A stretch of DNA of 64,000 nucleotides, taken from assembly GCF_009914755.1 (NCBI RefSeq), contig NC_060936.1. One strand, 5' to 3'. Both the position numbers and the translations under genes were made by a program. Of the stretch, positions 1 to 13,569 are shown piece after piece. Below the pieces are notes generated by a model. It was not told the DNA's origin, ran no database searches, and worked only from the letters and a program-made list of their open reading frames with translations. The DNA is from the human T2T-CHM13v2.0 reference genome, Homo sapiens. Every line of letters starts with the position of its first letter. Position 1 is the stretch's first letter.

Positions 1-84
1 GCAGAGATTGTGCCACTGCAGTCCGCAGTCCGGCCTGGGCGACAGAGCGAGACTCCGTCTCAAAAAAAAAAAAAAAAAAAAAAA
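1..84 (+). mobile_element. AluYb8-type Alu, 3' end plus poly(A); truncated by window edge
   Basis: CCACTGCAGTCCGCAGTCCGGCCTGGGCGACAGAGCGAGACTCCGTCTC carries the GCAGTCC duplication (18-31) diagnostic of AluYb8/Yb9; most CpGs retained; pure A23 tail. Confidence 0.93.
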
Positions 85-99
85 GGTTGACACTCTTAT

Positions 100-623
<524 letters not shown>

Positions 624-687
624 AATAAAATAATTATTTTTATTGGCAAATTATTTCCAACCTACCTAATAGGAACCGTTAAGAGCA

Positions 688-908
688 AGACGGTTCTCAA
701 TGGGGGAAATTCTTCCTCCAAAGAAGATATTTTCCATGCTAGAGACATTTTGATTATCACAGTTAGGGATGGGGTGCAGGATGTTCCTGTTATCTAGTGG
801 GTAAGAAGACAGGGATGCTGCTAAACATTCTATAATGCACAAGGGGGTCCTCCACAACAAAGCATTGTCACGCCCAATGTCAATAATGTCATTGATGAGA
901 AATCCAGG
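688..908 (+). mobile_element. MER20 (hAT-Charlie non-autonomous DNA transposon)
   Basis: ggttctcaatggggg...tctagtgggta...agggatgctgctaaacattctataatgcaca...aatgtcaata...tgagaaatcc follows the MER20 consensus. Confidence 0.85.
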
Positions 909-1843
909 GAGAGATTATTTGTTTCAATGTACTTCACCCTTCAGTATTCCAGAATAAGTAAGACATGTAAAGGGGAAACGTTTTTGTAAACCACCTCCAC
1001 TCCATCTGTCATGTTTTGAAATCAGCTTAAAGATGAAAATCCATGCTTATATTACCCTTCTCCAGAGGCCTGGCCTTAAATCTCTCCATACTATTTTCTT
1101 TTATGATTCAACCCAAAAGAGATTCAGATTCAGGTGTTGCTGTCCAGACCTCAGGATTCCCAGGCAATTGTACTTGAAGATTCTCGTGTTGGCCTTTTCA
1201 GTTCTGCATCAGACCACTAGAGGGTAGAGAAACACTATCAATCATTCAGCATTTGGGTACCTGACAGTTTTCAGTAATACAAATCTTAATAAAATGCTAA
1301 ATTATTTCTGGCTTATGAAATAAAAACTGCCCAGAACGGCTTTATTAAACACCTCTATATGTACACAGTTTTAGAGGCTGATTCAAGTATTTTACTCTGT
1401 CATCACCCTCAAACTCTAAAGTATAGTAGTAATTTAAGTCAATATTATATGTTAAATGGAGGCCTAATAAATGGCCATTGATGATCTTATGACTATTATG
1501 ATAATATTATGATAATATGTTATGACTATGTTGGTAAAGCTCTTTTTTGATGAAGATTTAATCATGCTGTGACTTAAATCATATCAAATTGATTTAAATG
1601 ATTCTCCCCACCAGGAATTAAGCAAAAATTGAGAGTGAATTGAAATCTAAAAATGAACTCCAATATGGAATAAGTAGCATTATTTTGTTGAACCCTGACC
1701 CAAACGCAGCCCAAAGTATAAACGCTTATTGTCTTATCAATACTTCATTAGGATGAACCTGAATGACTAAACAAATTACAGCATTATCACCAACTATCTA
1801 GATATATCTCAATCCCACACACTCAGGTTTGAAATAGAGGCAC

Positions 1844-4147
1844 TGTATTAGTCTGTTTTCATGCTGCTGATAAAAACATACCTGAGACTGGGCAATTTAC
1901 AAAAGAAAGAGGTTTAATTGACTTACAGTTCCACAGGGCTAGGGAGGCCTCACAATCATGGTGGAAGGCAAAGAGGAGTAAGTCATGTCTTACATGAATG
2001 GCAGGAGGCAAAGAGAGAGAGAGAGGTTGTGCAGGGAAACTCCCACTTATAAAACCATCAGATCTCTTGAGCCTTATTCACTATCAGGAGAAAAGCATGT
2101 GAAAGACCTGCTTTTCTCACGATAATGATGATTCAGTGATTCAATTACCTCCCACCAGGTCCTTCCCAAAACATGTGGGAATTTGAGATGAGATTTTGGT
2201 GAGGACATAGCCAAACCATATCATTCTGCCCCTGGACCCTCCAAAATCTCATGTCCTCACATCTCTAAACTAATCGTGTCTTCCCAACAGTCTCCCTAAG
2301 TCTTAATTCATTTCAGCATTAACTAAAAAGTCCACAGTCCAGAGTCTCATCCAAGTCAAGGCAAGTTCCTTCTGCTTATGAGCTTGCAAAATCAAAAGCA
2401 AGTTAGTTACTTCCTAGATACAATGGGGGTACAGGCATTGGGTAAATACAGCCATTCCAAATGGGAAAAATTGGGCAAAACAAAGGGGCTACAGGCCCCA
2501 TGCAAGTCTGAAATCCAACAGGGCAGTCAAATCTTCTCCAAAATGATCTCCTTTGATTCCATGTCTCACATCCAGGTCGTGCTGATGCAAGAGGTGGGTT
2601 CCCATGGTCTTGGGCAGCTCTGCACCTATGGTTTTAAAGGGTAAAGCCTCCCTCCTGGCTGCTTTCATGGGCTGCCATTGAGTGTCTACAGCTTTTCCAG
2701 GCACATGATGCAAACTATCAGCAGATCTACCATTCTGGGGTATGGAGGAAAGTGGCCCTCTTCTCACAGCTCTACTAGGCAGTGCCCCAGTGGGGACTCT
2801 GGGTGGGGGTGCCCACCCCACATTTCCCTTCTGCATTGCGCTAGCAGAGTTTCCCCATGAGTGCCCTGCCCCTGCAGCAAACTTCTGCCTGGACATCCAG
2901 GTGTTTCTGTACATCCTCTGAAACCTAGGCAGAGGTTTCCAAACCTCAATATTTGACTTCTGTGCACCCACAGGCTCAACACCACATGGAAGCTGCCAAG
3001 ACTTGGGGCTTGCACCCTCTGAAGCCACAGCCTGAGCTGTACCTTGGCCCTATTTAGTCACAGCTGGAGTGGCTGGGACACAGGGCACTGAGTCCCTAGG
3101 CTGCACACAGCACAGAAACCCTGGGCCTAGCCCAGAAGACTATTTTTTCTTCCTACACCATTGGGCCTGTGATGGGAGGGGCTGCCATGAAGACATCTGA
3201 CATGCCTGGAGACATTTTCCTCATTGTTTTGGGGATTAACATTCAGCTCCTTGTTACTTACACAAATTTCTGAAGCTGGCTTGAATTTCTCCTTAGAAAA
3301 TGGGATTTTCTTTTCTGTCACATTGTCAGGCTGCAAATTTTCGAAACTTTCATGCTCTGTTTACCTTTTAAAACTGAATGCCTTTAGCAGCACCCAAGTC
3401 ACCTCTTGAATCCTTTGATGCTTAGAAATTTCTTCATCAAATACCCTAAATCATCTTTCAAGTTCAAAGTTCCACAAATCTCTAGGGCAGGGGCAAAGTG
3501 CCACCAGTCTCTTTGCTAAAATATAACAAGAGTCACTTTTGCTCCAGTTCCCAATGAGTTCATCTCCTTCTGAGACCACCTCAGCCTGGATTTCTTTGTT
3601 CATATCATTATCAGCATTTTGGCCAAAGCCACTCAACAAGTCTCTAGGGAGTTCCAAATTTTTCCACATTTTCCTATCTACTTCTGAGCCCTCCAAACTG
3701 TTCCAACCTCTGCATGTTACCCAGTTTCAAAGTCACTTCCACATTTTGGGGTATCTTTTCATCAATGTCCCACTCTACTGGTACCAATTTACTGTATTAA
3801 TCCGCACTCACACTGCTAATAAAGACATACCTGAGACTGGGCAATTTACAAAAGAAAGAGGTTTAATTGACTTACAGTTCCACATGGCTGGGGAGGCCTC
3901 ACAATCATGGTGACCCACAAGGAGGAGCAAATCATGTCTTACATGGATGGCAGCAGGCAATGAGAGAGAGCTTGAGCAGGAAAACTCTCATTTTTAAAAC
4001 CATCAGATCTCGTGAACTTATTCACTATCACAAGAACAGCGTGGGAAAGACTCACCCCCATGATTCAATTACCTCCCACCAGGTCCCTCCTGCAACTCAT
4101 GGGAATTTGAGATGGGATTCGAGTGGGGACACAGCCAAACCATATCA
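1844..4147 (-). mobile_element. Full-length THE1 (ERVL-MaLR): LTR 1844-2223, internal 2224-3792, LTR 3793-4147
   Basis: Two related LTRs tgtatta...aaaccatatca bracket typical THE1-int sequence; 5-bp TSD ggcac (1839-1843) / ggcat (4148-4152). Confidence 0.95.
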
Positions 4148-5864
4148 GGCATTGATAAAAAGTTGAAGGAAACTTTGGAGGAAGAAGAGTAAAGAATTAA
4201 AGAACAAAGTGGCCAGCTGTTTTCACTTTCAACTAAAAGTTAATAAAAGTGCAGATACAAATACTACAGAAGAGATTCCTAAGCTTATTCCTGACTTACT
4301 CCAAGTTATCCATAATTATCTCTAAAGATATTGCAAAATTATATTCAAAAATTATTTTAATTTTCTTTGACTTACACACACATGCACACATAACCACAAA
4401 TAAACAAAAAGGCTGTGTGAATATTTTGACACACAGCTGTCAAACTGAATGATGCTGTCAATTAGTAAATGAGAGTAGGAATCAATGACTAAGAAATGTT
4501 TAAGCATCACACCAGAAAGCATCAGATTTTAGGAGACTGCAAAGAATCGTGATTAACTGTTAAAGTCTGGTATTAGACTATCTGTGTTTGAAAATTGCCT
4601 CTACAAGTTAATAATTTTGAAGCTCTGGGAAAATAATTTTACATCTCTTTGTTGTAACTTAAAATAGCATAAATGTCTTAGTATACGTAAGTGCATATAG
4701 GTATAGCACTTAGCACGGTGCTTGGCACATGTTAACTCTCTATGTAAGTGTTTTCTATGAGAATTATAATTTCCTTTAATAGATAAACCAAGAGATAACA
4801 TATAAATCTTGTCTCTTTTATTGGGCATGCCCTTTCTTTCTAAAGTATCATTAAATCATTTTATTTTTCAAGAAAAGCAACAGACTGAACATGTTGGACT
4901 TCATGGAACTTGAGAAATATGAAAAACTTGGCTCAGTTTTTGAGCCAACCCATCACAATGATCACAATAGAGGCAGTTCTCATGCTTTTCTTTTCCTTTT
5001 CTTTCCATTCTCCCATATGCCCACTCCATGTTTCTTTAAATGTAAGCAACAGGTGCAACGCGGGAGGGAGTAGAAGTAATCATTCTTTATTCTTTTTCCA
5101 TTTAACCACCAACACTCAGGCCAGGCATGAGGATAATCATAAGGACAACAGGGAAAAAAGCCTCTTAAAACCATTCTGAGGCACCCTTTGGAAAGGTCAA
5201 GTGAATTAATGGGAACAAAAGTTTTTCCATTTATCAGGTTCTAGAAAGTTTCACCAGATGATTATGTTTTTTATTTTCTTCTTGTAATGACTGGTTATCA
5301 TTAACTTGTGATGAGACCAGATGCAAGAGGAAGTGGGGAATCCAAAGACAGAACTAATGAGGGCAAATTCAGAATCAAAATCTTGTCATCATATCAGCCC
5401 CGAAACAAACAGTTAATGCCTTGATCTGCTACCATGGAAACAGACCTTTATGTCAGGGTGACATGGGTTCCAGGGGCGTAGAGCACACCTCATTTTGCAC
5501 TTCATTCAACTTCAATCGATTGCATTTTATTCAGAAAAAAATCCTTATTTTGACAAGTCAGTCTCAAATACTAAAAGGTCCAAAATATCAGATGCTCAAT
5601 GTATTAAGTCAAAATCCTATTTGTGAAAATCACTAACCCATGTCACAATCAGCGTTATATCACATCACTGCATTATTTCATGAAAACAGGACTGAGTTGC
5701 TCAGAAATGAAAAATTAAAATATGCATGAGACTAAAACTAGGCACTACAAAGTTTGTATTAATATCATTCTCTTTTATCTCCTTGTCTTAAAATCCAGCA
5801 CGACAGGGTCTCACTAGTTAAAAAATGCCTGTAAATGTTTCTTTACTTCACAGAGCATAATTGT

Positions 5865-6095
5865 GAAATGAACTCTTGCTTTGCCGCTTGTTGTATAACT
5901 TTAGCCTAAATCTCAAATTCATTATTCCTCTGTTTTCTCATTTATAAAATAAGGACAATAATAGTTCCTACCTCATAGGATAATTGTGTTCCTACCTCAT
6001 AGGATCCTCGTAGAATTAAATGAAATAATATACAAAAAACTCTTAGTGCCTGGCACATTGCAAGCACTATCTATAAAGATGTTTGCTATAATAAA
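5865..6095 (+). mobile_element. MIR with an internal 18-bp duplication
   Basis: ctgttttctcatttataaaataaggacaataatag...cttagtgcctggcacat. Confidence 0.75.
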
Positions 6096-7019
6096 ACCAA
6101 TTATTTCATTATGATTATTTGATGACAGAAAGTTTGATCTTGCCTTAAGATGCTTAGTTTTTATTTTAATTAATTTGAAAACACCTGCTGGTAGTGTTCT
6201 AAACACTAAAAAATGAAACTTATTATATGTAGTGGCTAAACAAGGGAACAGAATGCCAAAAGAAGGGAAAAGTTAACTCAAGAGAATTTTCTATTTTCCA
6301 TCATTTTTTTCTCTTAGGCTGTGTGCAAAACCTTTTGCTACATCCATTCACAGTTCATGACAAGCCCTAATGAATGTATGAATTAATGAATGATGAACAG
6401 AACAGTTTTCTGACCAACCAGTAGCCAGAGCCATTCATTCTAATTGTGGGACTGGATTGGAAATTACTTAGCAACCAGTTGAGTAAATGATGGAGAGGAC
6501 TCTGCAGAGCAGTTTTATGATCATAATCAAGCAAGCGTCATGACAGCCCTTCTCCTGACCATATTTCTTGAGCTCTGCTTATCTGCAAGTCATCAGAATA
6601 AATAAGTCCAATTAAGGAAAACAGTGGCACATATTCCCTAGATCGTGGATGCCCAGAAACGTGTGGCCTCAAAGCCCTTGAAAAAATGTCTGACAGAGTC
6701 TCTGGCTCATATGAAAACAAATACATCATTACATAATGAAATAAGTATCAGATTGTAAATCTTCAACAGGACATAGAGTTGGTGTCTTGGGCAAGCATAT
6801 CTAATTTCTGGGTAGGAATGCCAATTGAATAATATTTATTCTTTATGCCACCCTGTTGTTGTTCTGGGTTGGTTCTAACATCTCTATATAATCTTCTAAA
6901 AGCTTATAGTCAGAAGAATCTGAAAAGCTGAGTTCAGTCTCCCAGCAGTTTTCCTTATATGTGGTCACAGGCTACAGCATAAACATTTCCAGTGGTAAAT
7001 TTCAACTCCACAAGAGGCA

Positions 7020-8360
7020 GTTTATTTACTCCATATACATTTATTAAGCACCTACTAAGTAATATATATTGGGTTTTGCGTTAGGAATACCAAATTCAAT
7101 AAAATTAAGTCCTTTCAAGGGCATATTATCTACTGGAAGAGGAAAATGTGCATAAAAACAGAATCACATGAGATATTTCTATAGGAGTAAGCACAGAGTT
7201 CTATGTCAGTATATAATAATAGAATTGTTCACATTTCTTTCATGTCAGGTACTGTTCTAAAATTCCACATGTATTGACTCTTTCAACCTCACGGCAGTCT
7301 TGAAAGTAAATTGAGGTGCTGAGAGGTTAAATCACTTAGAGTCACACAGTAAGTGTTACAGCCAGTTTAAGAGAAACATATAACCCATCCTGGGACAATT
7401 AAGAAGACTTCCTGGAGGAAGGAAGTAGAATATGAGATGCCATTTCATAGATGAATATGATTCAACTGATCATATTGGAGGAAGGACATCTTGGGCAGAG
7501 GGAAAAATGTGTGTCAGTATCACCCTTAGACCCAGAAGGAGGTCCTCTGCTCTAGGGCTCCTTCAGCCATGGTCTTTCTCATGGTCATGGAATCTATAGG
7601 GCCAAGAGGTCATGCCCACACAGCGCCCCAACCCCTTTCATTCTAGATTTTGCTGTGAAAATCAGGACCCCAGAAGTACCCACCGCCCCCCCACCCAATG
7701 GCCGCACTTGCCCCAGGCCCCCTTGCAGGATCTTTTAGGGCTTCTTCTGCACATTCATCCTCCAAAGGGTGGGCCCAGATGCTGTGTGCTTGCTGCTAGG
7801 GAATGGCTGTTTTTATGGGGTGTGGATGGCACCTAGATGTGCAAGCTGGGATATCTACACACCTATGTGCAAAGCCTTTTGTGGTGCAGGATAGAACAAG
7901 AGGTAGGAAGGTAGGAAGGGAAAGCTGTGGGCTGGGTGCTAGGAGCATGCCCCTGTGCTGTCACATTCTGATGTGGAATTCTGGAAAGTCTGAGAATTCA
8001 AAAACTAAACCTGGCTTTCCAGGTGATTATAAAGGTATTTTAGTCAAAGGCGGAGGACACAACATGTTTTATATAACAATGTATCACCTTAATATATACA
8101 TTTTAAGAATTTAGAAATATGGCCTGTGGCCTTCATTTATACTCAAGCCTTTGGCCCTTCAAATGTTAGAGGTGGACCTGCTGTGTGTGAGGCATGAAGA
8201 TCAAAAGCACACCTTGTTTGGAAAACTAAAAGTAGATCAGCAAAGCTTTGGCCTAGAATGTTAAGCAAAGGAAAGGCAGGCAGGGTTCAGAGAAGTAAGT
8301 AATGGTTTGAACTTACTTCTGAGGGCAGAATTAAGTATCATTAAGGATTTTTTAGCTGAA
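7020..8360 (-). mobile_element. L2 fossil interrupted by MIR (~7210-7370, minus) and MER115
   Basis: catttattaagcacctact (L2 3' end, antisense); agacttcctggaggaagg; ggcagagggaaaaatgtgtg continues after MER115. Confidence 0.6.
7515..8180 (-). mobile_element. MER115 (hAT-Tip100)
   Basis: Termini cagtatcacccttagaccc and caaatgttagaggtggacctg match remembered MER115 ends; 8-bp TSD atgtgtgt (7507-7514) / ctgtgtgt (8181-8188). Confidence 0.85.
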
Positions 8361-8999
8361 AAGTAAGCCAGCATTGGGTTTAGTGCACTCACATTCCATG
8401 TATCAATCTGCTCTGTTCCCAGAAGAAACACCTGATATTTTTATTCTCTCTTATTCCCTTTGGCTCTATCTAGATGCAGAAAAAAAGAAAGAATGGTGAT
8501 GTCTGTTATGGCTGTAGGAGTCCAAAGAGCAAAGCATGGTACAGTTGGAAAAGCAAACATCTGGGAGGAAAAAAAAAAAAAAAAGGAAAGCAATTCTGGT
8601 GTTCTTATCTGGCCTACTCAGCTGGAAAGAGCCTGAAATCACAGACAGGGAGAAGTCAGGTAGCCAATCTGGAGCCCAAGGGCCCACAGACATCAAGGAC
8701 AGAACAAGGGAATGGATCAGAGCTAGATAAGTCATCAAAGGGCTAATAAGGTAGACTTCATGCACAAGAGGTAGGGAGTTTTTGGAACGAGGCTTGCTTT
8801 TCATCCAAGCCTTGTGACCCTCTCAGGTGCAGCAGAAAACTCTGTTATTGGTTGACTTCCTAGATCAAGGCCAGTCATGCTGGGCATTCGGGTCTGCAAG
8901 ATAGTCTCTCATAGAACAGGCCATGCAAGGCTGCATCTGACTATAATTGACAGACACTGGACAAACAGAATCCTCCTTCAGTAGGTCTCTGTAGTAGAT

Positions 9000-9540
9000 G
9001 GTTATCAAATTTTCTTGCCAAAAATAACCTGACTTCTTCATGGGGAATTATCCTTTCACTACTGTATGTCATTTTGGGAAAAACAACATGAGCAAACTCC
9101 AACCTCACATCCCACCAACAGGACAGATCTTTGGATTACTGTTTCCATCCCACCTGCAGCCAGTGGGTAGTGATGTGACCTAATCCCAACCTATCAAACG
9201 CCTACACTAAGACTTTAAACTGTGAGTTGATGAGGCAAGAATATGAGAACAGTCAGGGTGCAGATTACTTCAGCAGCAGACTCTGGTGTGTCAAGGAACA
9301 CTGCTGTGATGGTGGCAGAAATGCTGGGGTAGATCTTGACCAGACTGCCCCAGGAGCACGACCTCGGAGGCAGAAGATGCTGCCCACTCTTTTCCCAAGC
9401 ACAGACCTCCAGCCTCCTGTGAATGCCCTTCATTCTGTCAAGGAATCCCCAAGTGCTCCCATAGAATCAACCACATTTCCTTCTATGTCATAAGCAGATC
9501 GTGCTTCCATGCCAGCAAGTTAATTTGAAACCCTGGAGAT
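9000..9540 (+). mobile_element. Possible ancient ERVL solo LTR (LTR16/LTR33-like)
   Basis: Weak resemblance only (gtgacctaa..., 3' catttccttcta...aaccctg). Confidence 0.3.
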
Positions 9541-11109
9541 GACTACTCATAATTATTTATGAAAACACAGATTTTCACATAATCACAGTTTAAACTTGAA
9601 AAACAGTGGCTTCTTCATTTTTAGCTAAGTGCATTTAACATAATGCTATATTATGCTTCTACACCCTCTTCTCACATTCCAGGTTGTGCTCAATGTTACA
9701 GACCCAGATTGGCTATTAGCTTACTCTGGGACAAGGGTCCCCACAAGAAGGGGAGTTATATTTTTTACTTCCCTGGAGCCCTGTGATTCCTGATACTATG
9801 CTGAAGAGCGAGGAGACGCTGACCAGGAAGTCAGATCGCTGAGGCAGAAAGGGAATGCCCTGCCGGCCCTTCTTTCTGTACACGGGAATACTGATCAGCT
9901 TGGGCAGGAAGTACCAATGAAGATTGAGAAGTCAATGTATGGGAAGCCTGGTTCTCCCTACTAGCTACTGATCACATTTGGGCAGATAGATTTTTTTTAA
10001 TTTAAAATGTCATTTTGAAAATTAGAAAAGCATACACACACATATGCAACTAAACAGATGTTCCTATTCCTCCTCCTCTTCCTTCTACGGTACTCACAGG
10101 AAACACATGTCTGTGTTGTCCTAAGTCCAGTTACTAATTAGCACGTTTCAGTAGCACATTTTACAGAGGATAGAGAGGATTTCAAAGGGATTCCTTCCTT
10201 TTAAGTTGAGACAGCTGGCGCTAATTACCAAGCAGGAAAAGAATGTGCAAACAGATCATTGAAAAGCCAGCAGTGAAGCAGAAAGCTGAAGGGGTCTTTC
10301 GGTCCTATTGTAGAAACCCCTGCCAGTGGTTGGAAGGGATTCCATATTATCTACATCTTCACCTTACCCCCAGGAAGCAGCTGTCCAGTTTCATCACCCT
10401 GCAAGTAGGTGGGAAACACAGTCCAAGAACATGAACTCAAAGGTCATTTCACAGCATGTGTGTAAATTTCACATACATATGGTCAGAGCTCTTGTAGTAA
10501 ACTATTTCATTCTCAGTCAAAGATGTACAGCAAAATAGAAGCTGAGAATGATCTTCTCCTTTTTAAACCTACCTAGGGTATTATAGATTCAAAGTTTATG
10601 TTTGTAATTAAGTGTTGCCATGAAATGAGGGCAATCTAGATACCCTAGATGATGCCTACTAAGGAAAAAGAAATCTTGACTCTCATTCAGTGACAATGCT
10701 AATGGAAAGAACACTAGATCAGCAATGAAGAGATTCCTGATACATAATAATTATGACACTTTCTGGAAAAAATTATGAGTTTTTCTGAGCCTGAGAATTT
10801 CATCTATAAAATTGGAATAATGGGGCTTACCACATAGAACTGTAGGTGAAAGTTTTAGAATATTATGGAAGTACAATATATATTTAATTTAAATATCCAG
10901 GTAAAGGTAAAATTTGTGGCATTCTGGAATGTGATTTCCAGCAAAAGCCAACCAAAATAATTCCAGCCCAGTGGAATTATGTGAGCACTCTATAGAAGGA
11001 ATTGATTGTCCTGGGCTCTAAGACTACGTAGGGAAGATAGAAAGCTTGCAAGATGACTAAGTGGATTTTAGGAACTGGCTCCACAATTAAGAAAAGTTAT
11101 GCCGAAGGT

Positions 11110-11312
11110 GCAGTAGAGTGACTAAAGGTAAAGGTTCTGAAGTCACACTGCATAGTTTCAAATTCTGCTGTACCACTGCCCACATTTTTGTGACCCTAGG
11201 CAAGGCACTTGACCCCAGCTATAAAATAAGTCTAACAATAATGATACCAACTCATGGATGGCTTCATTGTGAGGATAAAATAAGATGGAATACATGCACA
11301 ATGCTTGGCAAA
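11110..11312 (+). mobile_element. MIR
   Basis: tgtgaccctaggcaag...ttgtgaggataaaataagat. Confidence 0.7.
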
Positions 11313-13084
11313 TTTTAACTTTCATCTCAAAAAGTATCAGCATTATTGTTACAAAGACAATGTTGGTATTTTAATTACAGAGCTGAGTAACGAGTGCTTA
11401 TACTTCATTATTTTTATTTTAATAATTACTATTAGCTAACATGTATATAGTGCTTACATTGTGCAGCTTTTTCGCATGTTGATTCAATTAATTCTCATAA
11501 AAATTCTATGGGGTATGCTAGTGAATGGCAGAAACCTTACTCTTAATAACTGTACAAATTAATGTGGGCCGGTGATTGAGGTTTTGGGAAAGTTTAAAAG
11601 TGAACTGTTATACTTGCTACACTGGTAGTTTGTGTAGCTGGATTTGAACAGGCAAATATAATGCATGCTTGCTGAGCTGAATGTTCCCCCTACACACCAC
11701 GAGGACAAATATATTTAGCTGCCTTGGCATTATGAAGTAGTCATGCCTTGTCTTATCCAAAGCACTGTCATTTGTTCTTTTTTCTCCTTCATTATTTCTA
11801 TCTTCAGGAAACTGAAAAAAAATCTGAAAAATAAAAGAAGTGCTCCCTCATTCCAAATATTCTACTTTTAAAGACAAAAATAATAACTCAGAATAATGGC
11901 AAGATAAATTTGATGAATCAAATACCAATTGAAAACCCACTTAACACCCACATTCACTGCCTGTGTGAAAAGTTCCAAGTTCTGTCATTTTTAACAAAGC
12001 CCAAAGATTTCACTCAGCTCTTTTTATATCAAAGAAAAAGAAATTTCTGAATCACTGTTGAGTGCTTTTTATGAAACACCTAATTTTTAGGAACAGTGCC
12101 TAGACCCATGCACACATCAAGGAACTCAATAAAGGCTTGTTGATTGCTTAAGTACTGATGAACAGTGTCTGGTTGATATCAGATACCTCCATCAATGGGA
12201 GATGTAGCAGTTTTTATGAGTAGGCTCTTTTGAACCGGGGGAGGCATACAGAGAAGATAATTTGTTAGTGGCTGACAATGATGGCTGCAGATTAAATATA
12301 AGCCAGTTGTATGAGATCTGTGAAGAAAACAACTTCATGCTTTAGAAGAGATATAGAAAGCCTCAGGAGTGCCACAAAGAGAAATTGTGACAAACAAGAT
12401 TATCTAAACAATGTCCTGGGTCATTTAAAGAAGAGAAACCCTTTGCACACTGTACAGTCTTGTCCCAAAACATGCTCTTTTCCCCTCGCTGACTCTTTGT
12501 CACAGATTCCGGTTCTACTCATGCCCAACACTAGCGAACCAAGTTACTGCGTCCTGCATCTGTGCTCCTATTTATGTTTGGCTTCCTCTCCAACTTTTCT
12601 TCCATCGCTAATAATTTGTGTGTGACAGTTTTCAGACACCTGAGCAAAAATCATCTGCCAGCTCTTGGCATATAGTTCTTCTGCACTCAATAGACCCTTA
12701 CACACTGAAATACTATATTCCTTTGAAATTAAAATCTTGCGATCTAATTATTCACCAGGTCTTCCACACTTAGAAATTTTTTCTCATGAAACTGCTTGAG
12801 AATAGGATCTATGATTCCCGCATCTCTTCTGTTTCCCAGTGAGCTGCTCTCTGTGCAATATATCACATTAGTAGTTACTCTAATACTGTGCTTAATTGTC
12901 TATAACCCTGCCTTCAGCTTGCCCATGCCATTAAGGTGGCTCTGTGAAAGAAGTGTAATTAGTTTTTGGTATCCCTACAAGAAGTTGCAGAACCATTAGT
13001 ATTGACTCCATCAAAATCTACAGATAACATCTGTTCATATTCTACAGGCAGGTAAAAAGCTGCATGATCATGGTTAATGCATGA

Positions 13085-13380
13085 AAGGCCAGTTAACACA
13101 GTGGTTACAAGCGTGCTTTAAAAGATCCAACAGCCCATCCTCTGCTACTTTATAATTGGTGAGCTATTAACCTCGATGAGCATGCTTTTAAAGGTCCAAC
13201 AGCCCATCCTCTGCCACTCTATGGTTGGTGAGCTATTAACCTTGTTAACCTGTTTTCTCTTCTAAAGATGAAAATCATAATTGTATCTATCTCACAAAGT
13301 TTTTATGTAGATAAAAAGATAATATAGGTAGTGCAGCACCTGGGACAGGGAAAGCCCTCAATAAATACATACTATTAATA
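13085..13380 (+). mobile_element. MIR with an internal ~66-bp tandem duplication
   Basis: cagtggttacaagc...ctgttttctcttctaaagatgaaaatcataat...cctcaataaat. Confidence 0.65.
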
Positions 13381-13569
13381 TCATGATTAAAATAATTAAC
13401 CAATAACTCAAACACATTTTGAAGATGCAATGGACTAGCTAATGATATACAAGTTATCCAGACTTAAGGTTTCGCTTTTACAGACGCATACGTTTATTGA
13501 GTATTTAAATTACTTATAATTTATGGTCCTTAATCTTGAAAGCAGTCTGGCATCCAGGTATCATGATAG

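Noticed and set aside
2489-3028. 179-aa ORF and other THE1-internal ORFs (also 3451-3696, 40612-40932, 41610-41858)
   Set aside because: Fragments of the decayed MaLR internal ORF, broken by stops and frameshifts; not a host gene.
11808-11817. GAAACTGAAA ISRE core
   Set aside because: Lies in A-rich context and is expected by chance in 64 kb.
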